Assembly: GCA_016748015.1 (NCBI GenBank)
Contig: JAAOMT010000046.1
Span: forward strand, 496,001-560,000
Direction of reading: 5' to 3'
DNA from: Geosiphon pyriformis uo1
Lineage: Eukaryota > Fungi > Glomeromycota
DNA: 64,000 nt
Below the pieces are notes generated by a model. The model saw only the letters and a list, made by a program, of their open reading frames with translations, had not been told where the DNA came from and made no database searches. Each line of letters opens with the position of its first letter. Position 1 is the stretch's first letter. Made by a program: the position numbers and the translations under genes. Of this stretch, positions 54,600 through 64,000 are shown in pieces.

Positions 54600-55900
54600 T
54601 GTGTAGTTTTCTTGGTTTGTGGTGTACAATATATTTGTAGTCTGCTAGAAAATTATTCTATTGAGACTGTTTGGCACTTTGTTCAGTTTTTTTTTTATTG
54701 AGCCATTTAAGACCAATATTGTCAGTTATGATGTCAAATTCTTTTCTATTCTTTAGGTATTGTTGAAAGTGTTTAAGAGCCCAAATGACTATAGCAGCTT
54801 CTAATTCAGTTGAGCCATATTTGAATTCTGTAGATTTGAGTGTTTTATTGGCATAAGCAATAACTTGCTCCTGGCTATTTTCATTCAATTGTGATAGAAT
54901 GGCACCAAATGTTATGTGTGAAATATCAGTGGCTAGTTAAAACTGTTTGTTAAAGTCTGGGTAAACAAAAACTGAGGCTGTTGTCAATTTTGTTTTGAAA
55001 ATTTTAAAGACTTTCTGCTGTTCTTTAATCCATTGATATAGCATGTTTTTGTTGATAAAATAATTGAGTGGTTTGGCAATTTCTGATGAATTTTTAATAA
55101 TAAGAGGTTAATTCTACAAATCTTTGTAGTTCTGTGGTATTTTTGGAAGTTTAAAAGTTTTTGACAGCACTAATTGTTTTCAGATTTGGTTTGGCTCCAT
55201 CTTTGCTGACAATATGTCCAAAAAAGATTAAACTTGTTTTTCCAAAGTGACACTTCTTAATGTTCAATTTCAATCTTGCTTTCCATAATTGTTGAAAAAC
55301 TTCTTACAAGTGGATAAGATGAGCTTTAAAACTTGGTGAGTACACATTAGTATTATCAAGATAGACAACTACTAACTGTCATAAAAATACTTCATATACA
55401 ACATCCATAAATTGCTAAAATGTTGTTGGTGCATTATAGAGTCTAAAAAGCATAACATTGAACTCATAGTTTCTTTCTTGGGTGGTAAATGCTGTTTTGG
55501 ATCAATTTTTTGGGTCTATTTTGACTTGTCAGTATCCACTTTCCAAGTCTAAAGTTGAGAAGAACTTGGCTTTTCCTAGAGCATCTAAGATGTCATTAAT
55601 TTTTGGAAGAGAATAGGCATCTCCAATTGTCATGCTATTGAGTTGACAATAATCTACACAGAATCTGATTTTTCTATTTTTCTTTTTAACAAGAACTACT
55701 GATGAGACCCAAAGACTTCTTGATGATTGAATCAATCTGTTATTGAGCATTTTTTGGACCTCTTCTTTTATAAATTGGTGGCTAGCAGATGGAACTTGAT
55801 AAGCTTATTGTTGTTTTGGTAAAGCATCTTCTGTATGGATTTAATGTTGAATAATATCAGTTTTTTTCAGATCATTGTTGTTTTTTGCAAATATATCTGC
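54600..55900 (-). pseudogene. Gypsy B reverse transcriptase and RNase H
   Basis: WVSSVVLVKKKN.KIRFCVDY.QLN, FSTLDLESGY, VVYLD(D>N)TNVYS at 55363-55352, FFGHIVSKDG, VIAYANKTL..YGSTELEAAIVIWALKHF..IITD. Confidence 0.93.
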
Positions 55901-56369
55901 AAATTCAGCTATTAGCTGTTTCAATTGTCTTTGTTGTTGGGGTTCTAAGGGACTCATGTTGATTCAAGAGAGTTTTTTTTCCAAAAAGTGGTAGTTTTCA
56001 GTAATAAGGATAATATTTGGATTTGGAAGTAGAGTATGTCTTACAATTTCGATAAAATTAAAGACAATTTGGAAGTTTTTATCTTAAAAGATATTATTGT
56101 GTATGATTCCAATCTCTGATTTGTTCAATAAAACAATAAGAGTAATTATTGGGATTGTAAAATGTAACTTGAAATTTTTTTATTCCTTTGGAAATATAAA
56201 CATTTAGGATTGAGATTTTATGCTTTAAACAAATTTGTTTATTGGATTCAAAGATTTGTTGAATAGTGATGGGTTTTGAGCAAGTGTAAATTTCGTGATG
56301 TTTTCCAAAAGATGAAATCTGGTGAGATTTATTCTGTGCATTGAGAACTATATTTACTGGAGCTGTAAA

Positions 56370-56800
56370 TCATTCAGTTGAACCAAAATCTTGCATTTTT
56401 CTTTTACTTTTTCCTAATTGTTCTCTGTTGTTAACTGATTGTAAACTCAAAATGTTAATTAAGAGTAAGTAAATTGCTTGGGCAATTTTTTTAGCATGTT
56501 CAATTCTGAATAGTTTGTTTGTTTTATTTTGTAACATAATAGTAATATCTCCAGTATATCCTGCATCTATGACTCCTTCTCTAACATTGATTTCTTTGCT
56601 TGCCAATGATGATTGGAAAGCAATTTGGACCATTGCTCCTAGTGGTATTTTAAGAGCAATTCTGAGATTGATTTTGGTTAAAGATTTTGGTTGGAGAACC
56701 AAAGTGTCTTTGCCAGAATATTTTAGATTATATCCTGTATCAATTTCGTGGGCTTTTTTTGGTTTTATTCTTTTTCCATTGTTGTTAAAGTATTTGAATT
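56370..56800 (-). pseudogene. dUTPase domain within Gypsy B pol
   Basis: All five trimeric dUTPase motifs are recognisable: AHEIDTGYNL (I), QIAFQSSLASK (II), GVIDAGYTGDITIML (III), KIAQAIYL (IV), KRKMQDFGST (V). In frame with gag and PR. Confidence 0.92.
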
Positions 56801-57799
56801 GTATAGCAGATTGGTTTTTAGTAAGATAAATTGAAGTTGTTGTAATTTCTTCTTCTGGCTTAGGTTCTCCAAACTTAATTTTTTTTTGGTCATTTTTGTT
56901 GGGTAAGAGAATACTAAGCACATAGCATTTTGAACACTATTTATTATTACAAGGCATGATGTATTCTTCACACAATTGAATATTTATCTGCTCTAATCAT
57001 TGAATTTGAGCTTCTTGAGTCAGATAAGTGTGACTTGCAATTTGGTGATATGTTTTTACTTTATCTTTGTAGTTGAATCTAGCTAATTCTATTATATACT
57101 CAATGTATTCTGCTTCTTTTATTTGGTGGACATCTTTTTGTGTGGCTCCATTAATTAAAGTTATTGCTAGGTCAAAGATTATTTCAGCATCATAAGAGTA
57201 GTGGTAAAGTTTGTTGAGAGCACTGTTGTATGTTGTATTAAAAAGTGTTCCTCTTCTGACTTTTTCTGAGATTGATAGAGCATATTGACAGGTTTGATCA
57301 CATACTCCTCCTTTTATTGCAACATCAATCTAGTTGTATTCTTCTGGTGGCATATCTTCATATGTGAGACATGGAGTGTTGTCCTATTTTCCACTTCTTT
57401 TGGGATATTCAAATCGTTTTCTATGACATGCTTTACAAAAGTAGCAGATGCAAGTTTCATATTCTTCTTCTGGAGAAATACATGCTCCCATTGATGAAAG
57501 TTTTTTGTTACAATCTTTGCATTTAAGTGGGATGTAGGGTGGTTGTTTTCATGATTCTGGTGTAGAATATCTAACTACATTCTATTCTCTGGTCTTTTCA
57601 AAAATTTCTTGTTCTGTTTCCTTGGCCCAACTGGATGTTGATCCAAGAGCCATAAAAGTTTCAGTAATTGGTAGTTTTTTTTTATTTTTAAATTCAAATA
57701 CTGGAGCTTTTTTGGATTTTTTATTAAAAGTACCACAAGTAACAGATACTCTAGTGTATTGTCTTTGGTATAAAATCTTCATTTCTTGGGTTTTCCAAT

Positions 57800-58110
57800 T
57801 TAAATTTGCATTGGCCTTGAAAAGCCAATTATTTCTGACAAGAGCTTAATATTGTAGTGCATCCATGACTAAAACTTTAACTGGAATGGTAATTCCATCA
57901 ATTGTAAATGGAAAGTTGTCAATTTCTTCTACTGGTGTCTTTTTCATTCTATCTGCTGTAACAATAACAGTTTGGGCTGGTCTGTCAACCGTTTTTTGAA
58001 GCTGTTGCATCAATTGGTAGGTGATAATACTTCCAGCTGATCTACTGTCTAAAATTAACTGAATTGGTTTTCCTTCAACTTTAGCTTTAGTATACATTGT
58101 TGTAATTGCT
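57800..58110 (-). pseudogene. Gypsy B aspartic protease
   Basis: KPIQLILDS(G>R)SAGSIIT ... IPVKVLVMDA ... ALV(G>R)NNWL. Confidence 0.88.
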
Positions 58111-58449
58111 TTTTGTTCATTGACTGCTGTATTGCTAAGCAAGAATGGTAATTCATTGGCTTCAAATTCAAATGAAAATATATTTAAGAGGTTGGCATTT
58201 TGAGCAATTTGAGCTGATGAAATAGTATTGTTAGAAGAGTTTGATCTTAATGTTGCAACTTCACCTTCAGAAAGTGCAGTTTGTTGAAAATCCGATTCTT
58301 CAGGTATTGTAAGATAACTGGGTTGAATGTAATAGTAATTGAGTCTTTGCTGACCAGAATTTTGGAGAACTAATTGGTTGTTTAAATTGATTTTGTTGTT
58401 ATTGTTCTGAAATTGATTTTGAAGTGTGAATTGGTTATGTTGAATCACT

Positions 58450-60137
58450 CTTTAAGCTGGTACTTGATATTGTTGTGTAGGTGGTTGTTAATACTGTTGA
58501 ATTGGTAGAAATTGTTGGTATTGTTGTTGTAGAGTAGGTTGATAGTAATTGGTTTGTTATTGGGGTTTTAAGAAATAGTAGACTGGTAGTGGAGGCTAAT
58601 AATAAGATTGCTGTTTTGAAGAGTAGTATTAATTACTCCTGTTTTATTGGTTTTTTTGTAGCTTTCTGCAATCTCATTTCCAATGTTCTGAAATTCCATA
58701 ATAATGACAACTTTGGTTTTGACTGTTTGATAATGGTGAGTAGTTGGTTTGGTTTTGTTATTGTGGTGGCTAATATCTTTGTGGTTGTTGCTGTTGTTGC
58801 TGGTTAATGAAATAGTTCTCAATCTTCTTTGTAAGTTGGTCAATTTTTTTTTCAGCTGCTGAGCTGGTTTCTCCAATAGCAAGATTCACAAGTTTGGTAT
58901 GGTTTGTTTTTTCTATTGCCATTTCATAGTTTTTTGCATGTCTAATGGCTGTTGCTAAGTCTTCTGGGGCATGTAAGCGAACTTTTTTGATTAACTTGTC
59001 TTTCAATCCTGCTATAAACTGATCCAAAATCTGGGCATTGGAATAGTATTCATTGGTTTCTAATTATCAAATTCATCAAAGAAGTTTGTTAAATCTCCCA
59101 AGATAGGTTATAATAGTTTCAAATGTTTCTTGTTTGATATTTCAAAAGCAATTGTGGAAAGTGATAGAGATGTTGTTGTTAGTAAATTGTTATAAAAAAG
59201 CATTTTTAAATGCTTGCCAGTTTTCAAATGGTTCTTCTAAATTTTCAAACCATTCTTTTGCAGTTTCTTAAAAAAAGTATGAGATTGCTTTGAGCATTCT
59301 TGCTGTATTCTAACCATTTGCATCTCCTGCTTTTTGAACTTTGTCAAGCCATTCTTGAAAGCTAGTATTATTATTTTTACCAGTAAATTCTGAAATCTTT
59401 GCAATATAAGCAGTTGACATTTCTTTTTCGTTTTCTGTAATTTTTTCTGATTCTGATTCAGTTTTTTTACTTTCTAAGTTTTCTGAATGATTATTTTTGT
59501 TTTCCTGTAAGTAATCAAGAAAATTGGTACTGGTTGATATTGGTTCTTGCTGTTGAATAGGATTTCTAAGTGACTGAAAATCTTCTGGTCTGAAGAAACA
59601 GTTAAGTGGTGAATTTGGTGTTTGTAGTTAAGCAAGTAAAATTGGAAATGATGTAATAGAAAGTGGTAATTTAACACTGGTTCTTTGTTCAGATGTTTGT
59701 AAGTGTTTTGTAGTTGTCTTTAGTGTTTTTGAAGTATTTGGGGTGGTATTTGAGTGTTGTTTCAGTTTTTGTTTGCCTTTGTTGTTTGTTTCTGTCTCTG
59801 ATTCAAAGTCAATAGAGTATTTAGACTGTACTGGATATGTTTCTTCACAATACTTGATAATGTTAAAATTAAGTTCTTAGAAGTAGGTGGCAAGTGTTTT
59901 ACTGTTAAGGTTTTCAGTTCCCAATTGTAAATAGTGCACTAAATTATTGTAGAGGTTGCTTTTAATTTTTGAAATGTTGTAATTTCCAAGAAGATAATTG
60001 TTGATACAGTTTTCAATATACTGATAAAGTGTTTTTTTAACAATTTCAATTCCATTTAGAATGTTGAATCTTTGCTTGCAATAGATGTAAATTGACTGAT
60101 AATACTCTAAAGTTGTTGTGTCTGGTGTGGTCACCAC
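58450..60137 (-). pseudogene. Gypsy B gag
   Basis: AYIAKISEFTG, AFKNAF, DQFIAGLKDKLIKKV..PEDLATAIRHAKNYE, a decayed CCHC knuckle near 58670-58710 and a Q/N-rich tail; same frame as PR. Confidence 0.85.
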
Positions 60138-60169
60138 TTTGAAGTTGTTATTGCTGTGTTATTTCCATA

Positions 60170-60180
60170 GGAGAGCACCA
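60170..60180 (-). promoter_or_regulatory. Primer binding site TGGTGCTCTCC
   Basis: Lies 2 nt inside the 5' LTR and begins TGG (complement of tRNA CCA); family A has the related TAGTGCTTTCT. The cognate tRNA was not determined. Confidence 0.8.
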
Positions 60181-60182
60181 AA

Positions 60183-61152
60183 TGTTACTGGAGGTTTTTG
60201 GTCTTTTTTCTTAAATGTTGTTGATGTTAATTTGTTGTGAATTTACGTTTTTAGGAAGTAGTTGGACCTCCAATAACTGAATTTATCTTCAAATTATCTC
60301 CTATAATTTGAACTGCTGGGCTTATAAGTAGAATAGCCAATTCTGTGCCAGTTACTTTGTGTAGTTATATTGTAGTAAACGTCAATTTTTTTTCAAGAAT
60401 TACTTATCTGGAAGCTTACTAAAAATGTGTAATTACTTTGCTATAAAAGTCAACTTTTCTACAGGAATCTTATCTGTAGACTACTCTAATAATTATGATA
60501 AAAAAAGAATGGAAAAATAAAAAAAATGTAAAAAAAATAGAATTCTGTCAAGAGAAACGTTTTCTATCCAGGCCTGAAGTTACTAACAAATTACTGAAAT
60601 TAGTAGCTAATTAATTTCAAAATGTTAGTTGTGTTGAGGAAATTTCAAGTGCAATAATCAAAGAATTTGGTTTTCAAATATTTAATTTTTATTTGAATGT
60701 GTAAAAGGTAATTTGTTCTAATTAAGATAACTAAAGTAATATACTATGTTAAAATACTATGAGAAGATATATTTTCTTGAAGAGAGAAGCTTTTCTTTTA
60801 TACAACTTGTTGTAGTACTAGTCTTTGAACTTGCACTTTTCTCTTTGCTGTAATTTGGGTGAACTAAAGATACATTTTGGCAAACTACAAGTTATTTCAC
60901 TGAATTATTGATTATTTCGGCCAATTTTTATTAATTTTGGCGAATTTTGACTATGTTAAATGGTTCAGAGTATTGTGTAATTTGATCATCTTACTTTCTA
61001 TAATACAAATTGGATTATTGATTGAGTAATGATATTTGATAATTTGATTAAATAATAAGTGATATTCGAAATAATAATAATATATGCTAATTAATAATAA
61101 AATTATGAGGGTAATTTCATGCTAATTAATAGCTAAAATTCTACTGGTAACA
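60183..61152 (-). repeat. 5' LTR of the complete Gypsy B
   Basis: TGTTAC..GTAACA termini; direct repeat of 51302-52271; followed by the PBS. Confidence 0.96.
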
Positions 61153-61502
61153 ACATCTTAGCTTTATTGCTAAATCAAATTGATTTTAAGTTCAGATAAA
61201 AAAGACATAGTTTGTAAATCCAAATGTCTTTAATCATGTTTTTCGTAATATTGGCCATGAATAGATATTAAGCAAAAAAATGAAAAAATTCAATAAAATT
61301 GCACAGATGAAAATAATAGACTTTCTTAAAGCAAAACAAATTAAAAAAACATTGTTAGGTACTTGGAAACCAATTCTAATAATAAGTAAAGAAGCAGATC
61401 ATCAAAAAATGTAAATTTGTTAATAAAATTACAATTATTATCTATTATTAACTTTTTAATATCTCTTTTAAGTGATTATGTTTTCGAAGCTTATCAAGTT
61501 AA

Positions 61503-62330
61503 TTGTATGACAGCTTAATAAATATCCTTCAAGAAGTTAGAAATATATTGTATTATGTACAGTTTTATTTATATTGGGTTGAGTGCATTACTATTTATAA
61601 TTGGAACTGTAATCAGTTAATACACAATATTTGTATTTTTGAAGATGTCAACTATAAACCCAATGTTTATGATACAATTGTTTTTATAGTGAATGATAAT
61701 TTTGATATATATAGTCTGGAAGTTGTGTGGAATATAAATTGTAGTAATTGTGGTACTAATGCTCATATTGTTTAATGTAATGCTTGGCCCAAAGCTGCAA
61801 TGTAAAGATTATGGGTCAGACTCTCTTATTAATACATATCTTATGAGATCCTAAACTTTATCCAGTTCTATTATTTAAACACATGGTTGAAGTATCTACT
61901 AGCTACTAAAAAAGAGACTACTGGATAGGTTCTATAAAACTTTGGCAATTACTATTGCCAATTGTTTGATAATAATAATTTCCAATACATGGCTCTTTGT
62001 TATTCCTTTCTATTAACTCCTATTTGCAACATTTTCCACAAGCTAAAGAATTCGAATCACATACAAAAATCTTATCAGCCATCAAGATTGGACTTAATGC
62101 CAATGCTATCATTGTATTATATATACCCATTTTTAAAACATGATATGTTGAGTCTAGGTCTGAATTTTCATTTTGCATGATTATGTTTGGATTATAAAAA
62201 GCATTCAACATGGATTTATTTATTCCAAAAAAGTTGATTTTTAATATATCTTTAAAATTATCAGTTAAACTTTCACTCACTAATATTAAATATTGGTCAA
62301 ATAATGAATATAATTGCTAGTATAGAGTTT
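61503..62330 (+). pseudogene. Second ORF of the DNA transposon, unknown function, disrupted
   Basis: ORF-track entries 61503-61775 and 61962-62180 share one frame; the intervening stops are TAA/TAG/TGA, each revertible to CAA/CAG/CGA; contains CSNC. Confidence 0.5.
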
Positions 62331-62939
62331 TTTTTTAATTACAGATATCAAAGTTGGTGTGAAAACATATTTATTGGGTATATATCAAAATTTTTATATT
62401 CTGAGTTTTATTACTGGTCATATTTCTCTTCCTAAGAAAAAGTAAATTCAAACTTCATTTCTAGTTGATTTGCTTGAACAATGTTTCATTAATAAACTTG
62501 TTCCTGGAGAATCCTATTGGATTATTATTCTTATTTATAGGTCTGTTAATTTTTTCTTTCAATATGAAAAAAAAGTAATTTTGTTAGCCAAAGTTTGATC
62601 CAAAGTAATTTCATTAATATTTACAGCAACAGTCTCCAAAATACTACTAATCTCTAAAACACTACCAGTCTTTAAAGCATTAAGAGCAGTAGTAATGTAC
62701 TATATGTTAACTATTATTAAAACTTTCATAATACTTACAAACAACAAGCCAGATATAATAGTTCTATTATTGTCTTATGATGGCAGTGATAACTTATAAA
62801 AAAGAAAAGTAATTGAATATTGTAATATTTCAGAAATTTTGTTTAGTGTTCTATAATTGTTTCTAGAAACTTCTTTAATTTTTTTTACTACCATAAAAAA
62901 AATGATTTCCATTGACAAATCAGAAAATTTTCCTAACTG

Positions 62940-64000
62940 TATTAGAAAGTTGATTTCACCAGCTTAAGAAAAATGAACTGCCAAGAAGATGCCCACATAC
63001 AGCCCTAAAATTGAAACAGAAAGCTTATTTTTAAAGAGCAACTTGACAGAAAAAAACTGGTCAAGCACTTTAAAAATTTTACACATATGATGAGCAAGAG
63101 AAATGTTCATAATAATAGCAACACCAGAATCCAAGTAATTAGAGTCTAAACCAGAAGTAAAAACATGAACACTATTAAACTTATTAGCAATCCATAGATG
63201 AATTTTATCTTTTAACTTAATCTTAGTAACAATTAAAATCAAATTGCTTATATTCTTATGCCAACAAACAATATTTTTCTGTTTTGCAAGATTGTTTATA
63301 CTCTGAGTGTTACATATAGCAATTTTCCAAACCAAACTGTTTATTGAGATAAAGTGAAAACCAATAAACCCAAACCAGAACACAAATAATCCAATCTTTC
63401 TAAACCCAAATTAACTGATATTTTCAGAGCCACCATTTTTAACTTTAAGCCATCCATCTTGGTAATAAAAATCTTGGAACTACTTAAGCTAAAATCAACA
63501 ACTGCATTAAAACCAACCAAAGGAAAAGGGGTAGATAATGTTAACATATTATCCAAAACCATATCCAAATCCAAATTAAAAGCCAAAAAAACAAGAGCAA
63601 CCAGAGGAGAAACATAAAAAGATGTAGCCAAAGACACCAATTTAACAAAGCTCAACTTCTTTACAAGAACAGAAACCTGGTTAGCCAAAAGCTTTATAGA
63701 GCATTCCAAGACCACCAAACACTTATTTAAGCCAGAAACAATAAGGGGAGCAGAACCCAAAGAAGGAGATATCACACTCAAAAGTAAACCAACACCAGAT
63801 GAAACTAATGAAACCACATGAAACAGAGAGCCACCAGCAATTTAAGCCCAAGTTTTATCTTCAAATAAGACAGGGCATACAATAGGAGTCTGTTTTTTCT
63901 TATATATGTTGACCAAATGAGCCCAATCCTAAGAAGTTATCACATGTCTGCCATGACCACCAAAATTCTCATTCATTACACAATCAGCAAAAATATAACC
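62940..64000 (-). mobile_element. LINE copy D, upstream part (ORF1 C-terminus and ORF2 start); runs off the window
   Basis: LECSIKLLANQVS (ORF1), SLVWKIAICN..VFTSGLDS (APE). It joins the 48665 part in frame (GEINFLIMKAVNESS) once the DNA transposon is removed. Confidence 0.9.

Larger units (their letters stand above)
51302..61152 (-). mobile_element. Complete Ty3/Gypsy LTR retrotransposon, family B (9851 bp): gag-PR-[Cys-rich]-dUTPase-RT-RH-IN-[ORF3]; decayed
   Basis: Two 970-bp LTRs, TSD ACAT (51298-51301 / 61153-61156), PBS and PPT, Gypsy domain order. Confidence 0.97.
48906..61414 (+). pseudogene. Transposase pseudogene (Academ-like), split by the Gypsy insertion 51302-61152
   Basis: N-terminal LCKRHYN; AF(D>N)N(E>K)QK.QKNYLD near 49871; CxxC..CPTC near 50201-50258; VTCD(G>R)V.Y near 50510; LG.L(H>Y)(E>K)EMNMLK near 50582; H(Q)(G)YD.IFEEINK near 51116. 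The frame resumes after the ACAT TSD and ends at TAA 61412-61414. Confidence 0.7.
48666..62939 (+). mobile_element. Decayed DNA transposon (~4.4 kb without the nested Gypsy), Academ-like DDE transposase, short TIRs, 5-bp TSD TATTA
   Basis: Ends CAGTCAGAGATTTT / (rc) CAGTTAGGAAAATTTT; TATTA at 48661-48665 and 62940-62944; removal restores the LINE D frame; long decayed ORF with DDE-like motifs. Confidence 0.82.

Noticed and set aside
48664-62941. Tc1/mariner call from the TA|CAG...CTG|TA ends
   Set aside because: A TA-only TSD would add an extra codon to the host LINE relative to three sister copies, and the protein lacks Tc1 DD34E motifs and is much longer.

Overview
Eukaryotic, very AT-rich fungal-type genomic DNA. 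The repeat content and gene style suggest Glomeromycotina (Geosiphon/AM-fungus-like), but that is inference only. The window holds one clearly intact host gene: a two-exon bZIP transcription factor on the minus strand (21292-22514, 375 aa after splicing) inside a CpG-retaining, microsatellite-rich island. Most of the rest is decayed transposable elements or near-pure A/T 'desert'. There are four copies of one LINE family (ORF1 gag-knuckle; ORF2 APE-RT-RNase H-Zn), two Ty3/Gypsy LTR families (three solo LTRs, one truncated element, one complete 9.85-kb element), and a ~4.4-kb Academ-like DNA transposon with a 5-bp TSD. From 36.9 kb to the end of the window the elements are nested up to three deep, and most boundaries can be fixed to the base by TSDs. 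Most notable: (i) the complete Gypsy carries a Cys-rich unknown domain plus a dUTPase between protease and RT, and an extra ORF after integrase; (ii) the TEs show strongly directional C->T/G->A hypermutation biased to TpC/CpC as well as CpG, yet a repeat-containing U3 window of the Gypsy LTR escapes it and keeps its CpGs; (iii) the DNA transposon's TSD length is atypical for its apparent superfamily. All counts are hand tallies and no database searches were run.
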